A stretch of 64,000 nucleotides of DNA from Octopus bimaculoides (taxonomy: Eukaryota): contig NC_068986.1 of NCBI RefSeq assembly GCF_001194135.2, forward strand, positions 5,555,260 to 5,619,259, written 5' to 3'. Of this stretch, positions 1-11,455 are shown piece by piece. Within the stretch, counting starts at the first letter, position 1, and each line of letters opens with the position of its first letter. Under the pieces are notes generated by a model. That model was not told the DNA's origin and did not search any database. It saw only the letters and a list, made by a program, of their open reading frames with translations. Both the position numbers and the translations under genes were made by a program.

Positions 1-152
1 GAACAATGATATTAAATAAGTATTTCAAGTACAGTAGTATTGAGTAGATGATCAAGTTACTGTGCTTTACTGCAATATTAAATAAATCAACTCAACCAGA
101 GCCATGTAAATGATCATTAAAAAAAAAAAAAAATTAAATGGTAATCTTTTAC

Positions 153-275
153 CTGACCAGCAGCATCACTGATGTTTCCTAGTAAAAATTCACCATTTTC
201 CTTGTACTGTAAAATGTCTCGAGTGATCTCAATCAAATAGGAATTCAGTTCCTCTTTATTCCAATCATCAAAAAC
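153..275 (-). CDS. PGD: PGD exon 8 (VFDDWNKEELNSYLIEITRDIL...DAAGQ); gene continues off the left edge
   Basis: 123 nt, phase 0-0, AG/gtaa. Confidence 0.95.
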
Positions 276-1002
276 CTTTAATGATAATTTGTATTTTTGT
301 TTTAATAAAATTCGACAAATTACAAGTTTCACAAAAAATAAAGAAATCAAAAAAATTCTAGCATTCAAAACTGACTTTATTTTAGTCAGGAAAGGTAACT
401 CCTTCGATACTTTACAGGGCTCCAAGATTAATAAAAGAGGGGAAGATATTCTCAAACCAGAAATCTGATCCAAAATGTTTGTAACAGAGCAGACTCTACT
501 AAAGGTATCCAAAGTGCTTCATAGTTGTGTAAAACTGAGTAACAGATTAAATGACAGGATTTGAACACAGAATACAAAGAGCTGGAGCAAGGAACCAGAT
601 CTGATGTTCTAACAGATCTATGAATCCACTACTTCAGTTTTTTTTTTTTTATCATTATTATTACTATTATTATTATTATTATTATTATAGTCCTCTGAAA
701 GGATTATAGACCAAGTTGACTTCAGTGGAATTTGAGCTTGGAGCACAGAAAACTGAACCAAATGTTGCAAGACATTCTATCTGATGCTCTAACAACTGTC
801 AAATTATAGTTATGTGTTTGTATTAATACATTTTACTTTCAATGGCTTGGATCAACTAACTATAAAGCACCATAACTGTGTTCCTTATTCTAACAATGAT
901 CAAAGAAACTATAACGAAACAACAAGAATTTTCTTGTCATCTTGATATCATAAGAATTAAGAATGGATAATTACTGTTTACATTAAAGAAATTCAAACAA
1001 AC

Positions 1003-1137
1003 CTGTGCCATTTCTGTTGGAGACAATTCTAGTACATCCTTCATCAAATGGTATGCTTCACAAATTAGTTGCATATCCCCATATTCTATACCATTGTGTA
1101 CCATCTTTACAAAATGGCCTGCACCTTCTTCTCCAAC
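1003..1137 (-). CDS. PGD: PGD exon 7 ([29 protein letters not shown]...EMAQ)
   Basis: 135 nt; catalytic [10 protein letters not shown] motif. Confidence 0.98.
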
Positions 1138-2248
1138 CTTTAAATAAAAAAAATTGATTCATCTAAAAACAAATGTAAGAATTATACAGTCACATTTGTT
1201 TTTAAAGACCAGCATACCATATTTTAATGTTAGTTTTATGACCTTCATGATTCTTTTAGAATTCAAACAACAAATAGGAAATTAGATATCAAATGAATAG
1301 ATTAGTGATTTAGCATTTTTCTGCAGTGACACAAACTGACTGAATTTGCACATTTTTATATGGGACGAAGTGGTGAGAAAGGATTTTCAGATGTCGGGCC
1401 TTGCAGTGGGGATGACATGTCAAGCTAAGCAAAATTGTGGTTGTCCTTACACACAGCCATGTCCCCTGCATCTCTCTTCAGCTGAGTATTCCTAATCTTA
1501 CAGGCTCTTGAGTGCTGGTGCTGTGTAAAAGCACCCACTATGCTCTGTAAAGTGATTGGTGTTAGGAAGGGCATGCAGCCATAGAAAACATGCCAAAAGA
1601 CATGGAGCCTGGACAGCTCTTCAGCTGGCCAACTCCAGCAAAACCGTCCAACCCATGCCAGCATGGAAAACAGACATTAAATGATGATGATTTTTAACTA
1701 TCCTCAGTTCATTTATTATAAATCCCTCTTGCAAACAATGATGGATGCTTTTAAACATACAACCATTTCTTTAGTTTGGCTGAACTTGTCTCTCATATTC
1801 ACATTGCTTATCTTATAGAATTCAGTATCCAAACATTTTCATATTCATTGGATATTTTTCTAAACTCTTATATCAAGGAAGTTTAATTCCAAAATAAATG
1901 AAAGTTATTTTGTTTGCTGCACAATGGATATTATACGTTCACTGACTCTGCATTTGGCTTTATGATAGCTAAACACCAGAACTTATATAATCACAGAATG
2001 TATAAGGTTCACTTTCCAGCTGGTATGGGTTGGATAGGTCACCGTGTTCCAAGTCAAATTTTATTGAGATACTTTTTCCAAAATGAGTTGGAAGATATAT
2101 CTCACTTGTATATTTCACTTTTGGCTTTGTTTTTATGGATGGAGGCCCTTACATCAACACTTTATAGTGTGTACTAGTCACATTTCATCATGGTATCATC
2201 ATTGTCATCATCATTTAGCATTCGCTTTCCATGCTGACATGGGCTAGA

Positions 2249-2788
2249 AGATACAGTTCTATATTTAAGAGATGAGGAATTATGTACATTATTTACACTA
2301 TTTACATTCGACGGATATTTGTCATCTTGTTTGTTGTTAATACAACGTTTCGGCTGATATACCCTCCAGCCTTCATCAGGTGTCTTGGGGAAATTTCGAA
2401 CCTGGGTTCTCATTCCTAAAGTAATTTTTGATGATGGTGTTGTTGTTATTATTATTATTATTGCTATGATTACTGTTAGTGTTCAGGTCACTGCTTGGAA
2501 TCGAACTTGGAATCTTGGGGTTAGTAGCCCGGTCTCTTAATCCACGGGCATATGGCATAGTGGTTAAGAGAGCAGGCTACTAACCCTAAGATTCCGAGTT
2601 TGATTCCAAGCAGTGACCTGAACACTAACAGTAATAATAATAATAATAACATTGAAAAATACCTTAGGAATGAGAACCCAGGTTCGAAATTTCCCCAAGA
2701 CACCTGAATGAAGGCTGGAGGGTATATCAGCCGAAACGTTGTGTTAACAGCAAACAAGATGAGGACAAATATCCATCAAATGTAAATA
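2249..2788. mobile_element. Penelope-like (PLE) truncated inverted insertion 1 (tRNA-like head + hammerhead module, head to head)
   Basis: Inverted arms about 2252-2540 and 2541-2788; 10-bp TSD atgggctaga (2239-2248 / 2789-2798); splits an older SINE. Confidence 0.85.
2339..2384 (-). ncRNA. Hammerhead ribozyme copy, core intact, one stem I mismatch
   Basis: GACAC CUGAUGA A GGCUG..CAGCC GAAAC GUU GUAUU. Confidence 0.65.
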
Positions 2789-2944
2789 ATGGGCTAGATG
2801 GTTTGACATTAGCCAGCAAGTTACAAGACAATGTCAAGCTCTAATGTCTGTTTTGGCACAGTTTCTACAACTGGAAACCCGTTTATAACACCAGTCTGAA
2901 TTAATAAAATCATTTAAAAATAATGAAAAAGAATAAAAGCTTAC

Positions 2945-3011
2945 CCAGTTACAGCAAGGTTCATTGCCAACTTTGGCAGATATAGACTGAAAAATATCCT
3001 TCACATGTGGC
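2945..3011 (-). CDS. PGD: PGD exon 6 (PHVKDIFQSISAKVGNEPCCNW)
   Basis: 67 nt, phase 2 to phase 0, AG/gtaa. Confidence 0.96.
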
Positions 3012-3111
3012 CTATAAAGAACACAAGACAAATCATAGAAAGTCAATATATTTTGAAAATTACACACTAGATTTAAAGAAAAACATTTCATAGCAAATAT
3101 TTAAGGAAGTT

Positions 3112-4147
3112 CATTATTTACATTTGACGGATATTTGTCCTCATCTTGTTTGTTGTTAACACAACGTTTCAGTTGATATACCCTCCAGCCTTCAACAGGT
3201 ATCTTGGGGAAATTTCGAACCTGGGTTCTAATTCCTAAGGTATTTTTTCCATGTTATTATTATTATTATTATTATTCAGGTCACTGCTTGGAATTGAACT
3301 TGGAATCTTGGGATTAGTAGCCCACACTCTTAACCACTATGCCATATGCCCATAGGGAATTATGGAGTGAATTTTAGGGCTTATAAATCTAATATTTTTG
3401 TATCCTTCCTTAATACCAGTTCCCATATGCTGCTCATATCTGCACTTGGTCTGCTAAGGAGGTTGTTGTGTCCTAGAATATATGCTGCTTCGTTTAGTTT
3501 TCATATTTCCCAGTGGTGTTCTCTGTCTTATTTTAACTTCATCCACAGCGGGAGGTGGTCTCCATTTTTCTATACATGATCAGCTATACCCGATTTATCA
3601 ATATCTCATGTCACAGCTTTGTGATGTTCATCTACCCTTATTTTGAGGGGTGGCATATTTTGCCTTTGTATAACCTACCACAGCTACATGGGATGGAGTA
3701 CATGCAGTCTTTGGTCATATTCTCTTCTATTGGTGTTGTATTACTCTTGAATACTGTCCTGATGTCATATGGGCCACATAGTAGACCGAATGCAGATATG
3801 AGCAGCATATGGGAACCGGTATTAAGGAAGGAGACAAAAATATTAGATTTATAAGCCCTAAAATTCACTCCATAATTGCCCACGGGCATATGGCATAGTG
3901 GTTAAGAGAGGGGGCTACTAACCCCAAGATTCCAAGTTCAATTCCAAGCAGTGACCTGAACAATAATAATAATAATAATAACAACATTGGAAAATACCTT
4001 AGGAATGACAACACAGGTTCAAAATTTCCCCAAGACACCTAATGAGGCTGGAGGGTATATCAGCCGAAACGTGTTAACAACAAACAAGATGAGGACAAAT
4101 ATCCATCAAATGTAAATAATGTATATAATTCCTCATCTCTTAAATAT
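3112..4147 (-). mobile_element. Penelope-like insertion 2 with degenerate GIY-YIG endonuclease C-terminus and inverted terminal copy
   Basis: Minus strand about 3775-3381 reads TKDCMYSIPCSCGRLYKG..LKIRVDEHHKAV..DKSGIADHV..LWDEVKI..KLNEAAYI (stops/frameshifts); inverted arms about 3112-3455 and 3780-4147. Confidence 0.88.
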
Positions 4148-4234
4148 TAAGGAAGGAAGTTATTATATATGTAAAGTGATCGTTTTGAAATGATACTGAA
4201 ATAAGGCTACACGAAAACTGGATAATAAACTCAC

Positions 4235-4353
4235 CAAGCTGCAGGAGATCCACCAGGCATCATAGAGGGACCATGACGTGCACCTTCTTCACCGCCACTA
4301 ACACCAGTTCCTATGTACAAGAGACCTTGAGCTTCCAAACTTTTGCAACGACG
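4235..4353 (-). CDS. PGD: PGD exon 5 ([40 protein letters not shown])
   Basis: 119 nt, AG/gtgagt, [10 protein letters not shown] motif. Confidence 0.98.
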
Positions 4354-4716
4354 CTAAGAAAAAGAAAAAGATACATGTATATATGTATGTGAAGGCACAC
4401 AGCCTCGTGGTTAGGGTGTTGTGCTCATTATTGTTAGAGCATGGGTTAAATTTCAGGATCAGGTGGTGTATTGTGTTCTTGAGCAAGGCACTTCATTTTG
4501 TATTGCTCTGTGATCATGTAAAAATATGATGTGTGATACACTATGCACCTGTTCAGGCAACATCGATTAGATGGAGGGGGTGAGCTAATATACAGGACAA
4601 ACATTTCATCACTATAAACAAATTATTTGTACAGGTTGTTCAGCAAGAAACTGTGGAACTGTCTTTCAAAAGACTACCACATCTTGTACGTGCATACATA
4701 CATGCACATCTACATA

Positions 4717-5830
4717 CACAAAGGTTGTACCGAAATTAATACAAAAGTGATCATAACATTTTTTATTAACTGACAATAAGCTATTCAAATTGTACATGTT
4801 GGCCAAGTAACTCTTCCTTTATTTAAAGATATAAAGAGTTACATTACAAGTGAGCATTTGTACCATTATTGAATACAATTATTTAATCTTCTTTGAAAAT
4901 ATTCAGCTGTACATTGTTGTATCCATTTCTTCAGAGCCACTTTCATTTTGTGTTATGAAATCAGGCAAAAAGCAGAGGGTACTAGATCTAAGTTGCATGG
5001 TGGATGGGTGATCACTGATCAGCCCAATTCACCAACTGCCTTATTTGTTGCCAAAGATATATGTGATCATGTATCGTCATGGTGAACATAGATCACTTTC
5101 AGATTCTTAGTCAGCCTCTTCCTCTTAATGGATAGTGTTAATATGCAGTTTGGTGTTTACAGTACAGCCAAGTTTCAGAAAATCAAGGAGAATAATGTCT
5201 TTGTCATTCCAGAAAAACAGTCAGCATGACTTTCAGTGTCAATCACTGGCTTTTAAACTCCTCGAGCCTTGGAGAATAGGTGAGATGTTTGCCAATACAT
5301 GGACTGAAAGTTTGTTTCAGGATCATAAAGATACACCCAAGTTTCATCCTCAGATCAGAAGGAAAAAAAAACAAAAGAAAAAAACATTTCTATATAAGCT
5401 TCAAATGCTTCCAGCAGATCAGAATAGACTTCTGTCCTTCTCTCCTTCAAACTGAATATCAACTGCCAAGGTACCCACTTTATACACATTGTCAAATACC
5501 CAAACTTTTCCACCATCTTCTGTCATGCATTTGTGACCACATTCCAGCTGTGCAGCAAGCTCTAGGATTGTGACTTGTTTGTTCATGCAAATCAATTCAT
5601 CTACTCACTGAAGATTCATGCCAATGATGTTTATTGATAGTCTCCCTTCAATGTTGGTTTTTTTTCCTTCTTTAAAATACATCTCCATTCACCTTTGCAC
5701 ATTGCTCTTGTCAATGGTGTTACTTCCATAAAGAACATGTGACTTGGTCAGCCTGCACACATCTTTCAAGTACTCAATAAAGGTATGTTGCTTCAGCTTG
5801 GAATTTGATATATGCTTGCAATGAAGAACA
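4717..5830 (-). mobile_element. Degenerate mariner transposon
   Basis: Minus-strand fragments resembling GDETWVYxYDPET, KVMLTVFW, HHDxxxxH and HPPxxxDLxPS; TIR-like aaggttgtaccgaaattaat at the left end only. Confidence 0.7.
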
Positions 5831-6207
5831 CAATGAAGAATTACCATAGAGGAAGTGTTACTCTATTAACACATTTAGATTGAATGACCTATATAAGTTA
5901 TTAAAAACGTTATGCCCACTTCTGTATTACTATAGGTATAACCCATGTGCATGCTTGTATATATGCATGTATGTGTGTGTGCGCTATGCCCACTTTTGCA
6001 TTACTATAGGTACAACCCATGTGCATGTGTGTGTGCACATGCACATGTATGTGTGTGCATGTATGTATGTAAATATATGCACAAGTGTATGTGCGTGCAT
6101 GTAAGGTAGGAAGAAATGAGGAGAGTTTTCCAAAAGTTAATAATTTTTTCATAATTAGATTTGTAAATATTATAAAACAGTTTGACTTAAAACTAAATCT
6201 AACTTAC

Positions 6208-6273
6208 AGTTGTGTCCTGATACTCCGAGTTTCCACCATCTATAATGATATCACCTTTCTCAAGCAGAGGCAC
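6208..6273 (-). CDS. PGD: PGD exon 4 (VPLLEKGDIIIDGGNSEYQDTT)
   Basis: 66 nt, atag acceptor, gtaagt donor, DGGN motif. Confidence 0.97.
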
Positions 6274-6722
6274 CTATGATAACATTAAAAAAAAAAAAAC
6301 ATTTGTCATATATTCTTCTTGCAATGTTTCCAGACACACATTGAATACAACAATATTTTAGAAACTGGGAGTCAATGTAGATCTACTGGTTAAAACATAT
6401 TTTCTCTTGTATTTAAATTTAAAATATATTTCAGACAATGATAATTGTAATACTAACTGATCTAACATTAATATTCTTGGTGCAGGCATGACTATGTCAT
6501 TAAGAAGTTCCACTTCCCAACCAAATGGTTTCAGTCCCACTGCATGGCACCTTGGAAGTATACTATAATAGCTGTGGGTCAATCAAACTTTTGTGAGAGG
6601 ATTTGGTAGATGGAAACTGGAAAAAGCACATTATATATANNNNNNNNNNNNNNNNNNNNNNNNNNNNNNNNNNNNNNNNNNNNNNNNNNNNNNNNNNNNN
6701 NNNNNNNNNNNNNNNNNNNNNN

Positions 6723-6763
<41 letters not shown>

Positions 6764-8109
6764 GTGTGTATAAGAGCAAATGAGTTTGTGTGTTTCTTCT
6801 TGTTTTGACATTGTATGTTAATTGTAAGCAAATGTCACTGTCATAGAAGTGGTGTTGTTTGTTTATGATCTGAGAAAACATGTCCAGCTGCAATGAGTAT
6901 CGATCCTTTTTAGAAGTCCAGGAGAAATATTTACTTGATTTGGAAACAGGTGAGAGTTGGTGACAGGAAGAGAATCAGGCTGTAGAAAATTTGCTTCAAC
7001 AAACTGAATCTGATCCATGTAAACATAAAAAAAAAAAATCATCATTTAATATTCACTTTTCCGTGGATGGAATTTATTGAGGCGGATTTTCTATGGCTGG
7101 ATGCCCTTCCTTTCACCATCCTTCATTTGTTTCCAAGCAAAGTAACATTCCCCCAAGATCAGACATGTTTTTGATGGAAGACTAGAAACAAACAGTATTG
7201 CTTAAATGACAACGACACTCATTTACACTTCTCATGTGATGTCAAGACAAGAGTACACACACAAACACAAGACAGGCTTCTTCCAGTTTTCATCTACCAA
7301 ATTCACTCACATGGCTTTGGTGAGCCCAGGGCTATTATAGAAGACTCTTGCCTGAGGTGCCAAGCAGTGGAACTAAACCCAAGACCATAGGGTTGGAAAG
7401 CAAACTTCTTATTTACACAGCCATACCTGCACCTGTGGATATGAAAATGATGATGATGAAGGTTCTAGCAATTTTGATATATTAGTGCAGCCATCTGGCT
7501 CGCCAGTCCTCAGTCAAACTGTCCAACCTATGCCAGCATGGAAAGTGGACATTAAACGATAATGATGATGATGATATATTCTTTCATAACAACCATAAAG
7601 ATCCTATCATGAAAATTCTTCTTAAACTGATATTTCTATTTTTATTCTGCAGTAATAGTTTCTTTGAATATATATTCATCTACTACAAGTAATTAAGAAA
7701 TTTCATCAAGAGGGTACGTGTTTGTATGAAACATCTTCTCCCTATTATACAATATCTGATTGCATTTAACACACAATCAAAACTGAATTTAATAATTTGC
7801 TAAATAAAGACATTTTTAAAGCAATTTTCAAATTCTTAATTATTCGTTACATTATTTAAAATGAACTTAAAGATTGCAGTTAATATACAATGAAAAAACA
7901 TTATGAACCAATAAAGGAACAAAATTACTGAATCAGTAGAGCAAAGATTAGCTCTATGATAACAGGACCTTGTAGTAAGAACTTTTTTCTAACAAATTGT
8001 CAACACACAATTATTATAAATGTTTAACCAGTAAAGATAAAATTTAATTGAAATTAATAAAAATTTAATTAAGAGTAACAAAGTTATGATACACTGATTG
8101 AAAACTTAC

Positions 8110-8289
8110 TAATTTATCAATAAAATCATCAACAGCTTGGCCTGCTTTCACCAACATCATAACTCGGCGAGGTTTCTTTAATTTGGACACCATATCTTCA
8201 AGTGAAGTTGCACCAATGACTTTAGTACCTTTTGCTTCATTTTCCAAAAAATTAGTAACCTTTGATACAGTTCTGTTAAAAGCACACAC
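8110..8289 (-). CDS. PGD: PGD exon 3 (VCAFNRTVSKV...VKAGQAVDDFIDKL)
   Basis: 180 nt, AG/GT flanked, near-identical to known 6PGD sequence. Confidence 0.98.
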
Positions 8290-8552
8290 CTAGTATAATA
8301 AAAGAAAAGCATAAAATATTTGGTTAATAAAAAAACTCAAATCTATAGCTATATTTCCCTTACTGAGGCGCTTCCATACCAGCATGGACAATAGACATTA
8401 AGTGATGACAATTAATATCAACTATTCTTCTCATTACTTCCAAGAATTTCAATAAACATTTACAAACAGTTTCTAGTTCATTGTTGGAAATATAAGAATT
8501 TTTACTATCATGATTTTAGCCCTTTCCCATCTGCTATACTTGCAAAGACTAT

Positions 8553-8727
8553 ACAGTTCTATATTTAAGAGATGAGGAATTATGTACATTATTTACATTT
8601 GATGGATATTTGTCCTCATCTTGTTTGTTGTTAACACAACGTTTCGGCTGATATACTCTCCAGCCTTCATCAGGTGTCTTGGGGAAATTTCGATCCCGGG
8701 TTCTTATTCCTAAGGTATTTTTCGATA

Positions 8728-8769
<42 letters not shown>

Positions 8770-8992
8770 TCACTGCCCAGAATGGAACTCGGAATCTTAA
8801 CCACTATGCCATATAATATAATATAATACAATATAAATTATAATAATAATAACATTGAAAAATACCCTAGAAATGAGAACCCAGGTTCAAAATTTTCCCA
8901 AGATACCTGATGAAGGCTGGAGGGTATATCAGCCGAAACGTGTTAACAACAAACAAGATGAGGACAAATATCCATCAAATGTAAATAATGTA
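8553..8992. mobile_element. Penelope-like truncated inverted insertion 3
   Basis: Same module; 11-bp TSD gcaaagactat (8542-8552 / 8993-9003). Confidence 0.87.
8633..8678 (-). ncRNA. Minimal type I hammerhead ribozyme (intact core)
   Basis: GACAC-CUGAUGA-A-GGCUG(10-nt loop)CAGCC-GAAAC-GUU-GUGUU: stem I GACAC/GUGUU, stem II GGCUG/CAGCC, palindromic AACGUU in place of stem III. Confidence 0.8.
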
Positions 8993-10686
8993 GCAAAGAC
9001 TATTTTCATTTTATTTATTTTTTAGATTTGATACTCTTATTGCTAAATGATTCTACTTAGGCCTGTAAGAACCACTCCTCAGAACATCCATTAGAGAATT
9101 CATTCCTGAAAATCAAAGTAATTCCAATTGAGTTCCTTTTCCTTTATATATGATGTTGTATTAAATTTCTGCTACTCATAGGCTATCTCAATGAAAAAGC
9201 CAGCTACCTGATTATCTTCAATTAATAAACTCTTTAGTTTTTAAACTGGCCATATCCAATCCAAATATTCTACTTGTTTTATCTTCAAACTGATCATATC
9301 TGGCCTCTCACACCTAACCTACAATGTACTTCACTTACCACTGCATACTGTTTTATTCACTAGTGTCTTGTAAAAAATAGCCAGAAGGAAGGCAATATGA
9401 AACCATCTTTATAGCTTCCAGGAAAATCCATAAGTAGAGTACTTGGAATGGAAGTCACAAGGTTGTCATTTGTTGATCCAATGGCACAAGGAAGGTTGTG
9501 TGCATGTGTGTGTACAAGTGCACGATTCACGCACACATGCATTGTTGACATTGCAAGAATTTAGAAACATCAAGAACACAAAATAATTTCTTTTTTTGAA
9601 ATGGTAAATCTTGAAGCAGAGAAAGCTATAAACAAGAGCATGCTAATACTGGATTAAAAAACTCTTTTGATAAAAAGAGTCAAAGGCTGCCAGTGAGATG
9701 CAAACCCATGTCTCCTGTAAACGTGTCAGGTATTTTTATTCCCATCAAAAAACCCTTAGCCCTTCAGCATTCACATTACTGTGTCAAATGTAATGCTTAT
9801 TTATTCTCATTGTTTTCAACTAATCATTTATCATCCTGTAATGTTGAGATTTCAATGATGTGATTGCATATTTTCAAAATGACTTTGTAGGGTAAGTGTG
9901 AGAGGTGGGATCTGGTTAGTTTGAACATAAACCAGGTAGAATATTTGGGCTGGATATGACCAAATTAAAACATCTCTGTTCTTGACACTACTCCTACTGC
10001 TCTCATCCCTCATCATTGTTTAACATCCATCTTCTATGTATGCATGGGTAAGATAGTTGACAGGAGACAGCCCAATAGAAAACTACCCTAGGCTATTGTG
10101 TCTGCTTTGGCAGGGTTTTTACAGCTGGATGCCCTTCCTAACACCAACCACCCTGCAGATGCTTTATTAAACTATTGCCAGTACCGCTGGACTGGCTCCT
10201 GTGCAGGTGGCACGTAAAATACACCATTTCGAGCATGGCCGTTGCCAGTACCTCCTGACTGGCCTTCATGCCGGTGGCACGTAAAAGCACCCACTACACT
10301 CTCAGAGTGGTTGGCGTTAGGAAAGGCATCCAGCTGTAGAAACTCTGCCAAATCAGATTGGAGCCTGGTGTAGCCATCCTCAGTCAAATCGTCCAACCCA
10401 TGCTAGCATGGAAAGCGGACGTTAAACGATGATGATGACTTCTTCAACAGAACAGAAATCCTGAAACCAACTCCCTACCTACCAACATGCAAACTTAAGA
10501 CGTCTTAACACCACCCACTTACATAAACACCAACCCATCCTCAGCTAAAAAAGAAAAAAAAAATTGTATAAGTGTTTTTAAACAATTGTCTTAAGATTTT
10601 CAGGGTAATGAAACATTCTTTGATAAAATTCATGCAATTTATTCAAAAAACTGGATATTCAGTAGATCTAGTGAAAATATACTCAC

Positions 10687-10762
10687 CACATAGCCATTAT
10701 CATTCATGTTAAGAATAAGGTTTTGACCCATCACGGCTAGGCCAATCAAAGCAATGTCTGCT
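10687..10762 (-). CDS. PGD: PGD exon 2 (ADIALIGLAVMGQNLILNMNDNGYV)
   Basis: ttttacag acceptor, gtgagt donor, 76 nt; NADP-binding Rossmann start of 6PGD. Confidence 0.97.
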
Positions 10763-11169
10763 CTGTAAAATGAATTAAATATATATTAAAATTATAAGAT
10801 TAAAATCATATTTCAGATTTCTTTTTTTTTTTTTCATTTGACTAGCTAGGCTTATGAAAAAAAAAATATTTATATTTGACATAATCATTTATTATATACA
10901 AATCATTGAAAGACTAAAACCCAGTTATTCCACCTGATAAAAAGGAAAACAGTAGCCAAATCTCTCTCACATCATGCCTGCCATCTTAAAAGGAAAGGGC
11001 ACATTGACCAATCATCATCATTTAACATCCATTTTCTCTGCAGGAGTTAGATGGCTTGACAGGAACTGGCAAGGCTGGAGAGCTGCTTCAGGTTCCAGTT
11101 GTCTGTTTGGACTTGGCTTCTATGGCTGGATGCCCTTCCTAATGCCAACCACTTTATAGAGTGTACTGG

Positions 11170-11455
11170 GTGCCTTCTACGTGTCACCGGCACTGGTGCC
11201 TTCCATATGTCACTGGCACAAGTGCCTTCCACGTGTCACTGGCACAAGTGCATTCCACGTGTCGCCAGCACCTGCCATGTGTTACCGGCACGGGTTTCCA
11301 TTTACCTGTCACCGGCACGGGTGCCATTTACCTGTCACCAGCACGGGTGCCATTTACCTGTCACCAGCACGGGTGCCATTTACCTGTCACCAGCATGAGT
11401 ACCTTTCACATGTCAACAGCACGAGTTCCTTTCACATGTCAACAGCACGAGTTCC
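11170..11455. repeat. 26-bp minisatellite (cctgtcaccagcacgggtgccattta), about 11 diverging units
   Basis: Tandem units visible directly; central units near-identical. Confidence 0.9.

Noticed and set aside
2547-2617. tRNA gene
   Set aside because: A/B boxes are present but there is no acceptor stem; it is part of a repeat, as are the other SINE heads. No bona fide tRNA was found.
2699-4075. Hammerhead copies at 2699-2745, 3158-3203 and 4034-4075 (also 8902-8944) as active ribozymes
   Set aside because: Core lesions: CUGAAUGA insertion; CUGUUGA with a broken stem II; CUAAUGA; deletion of the cleavage triplet.
11170-11455. CRISPR-like array
   Set aside because: Contiguous tandem units without unique spacers, in eukaryotic context with no cas genes.
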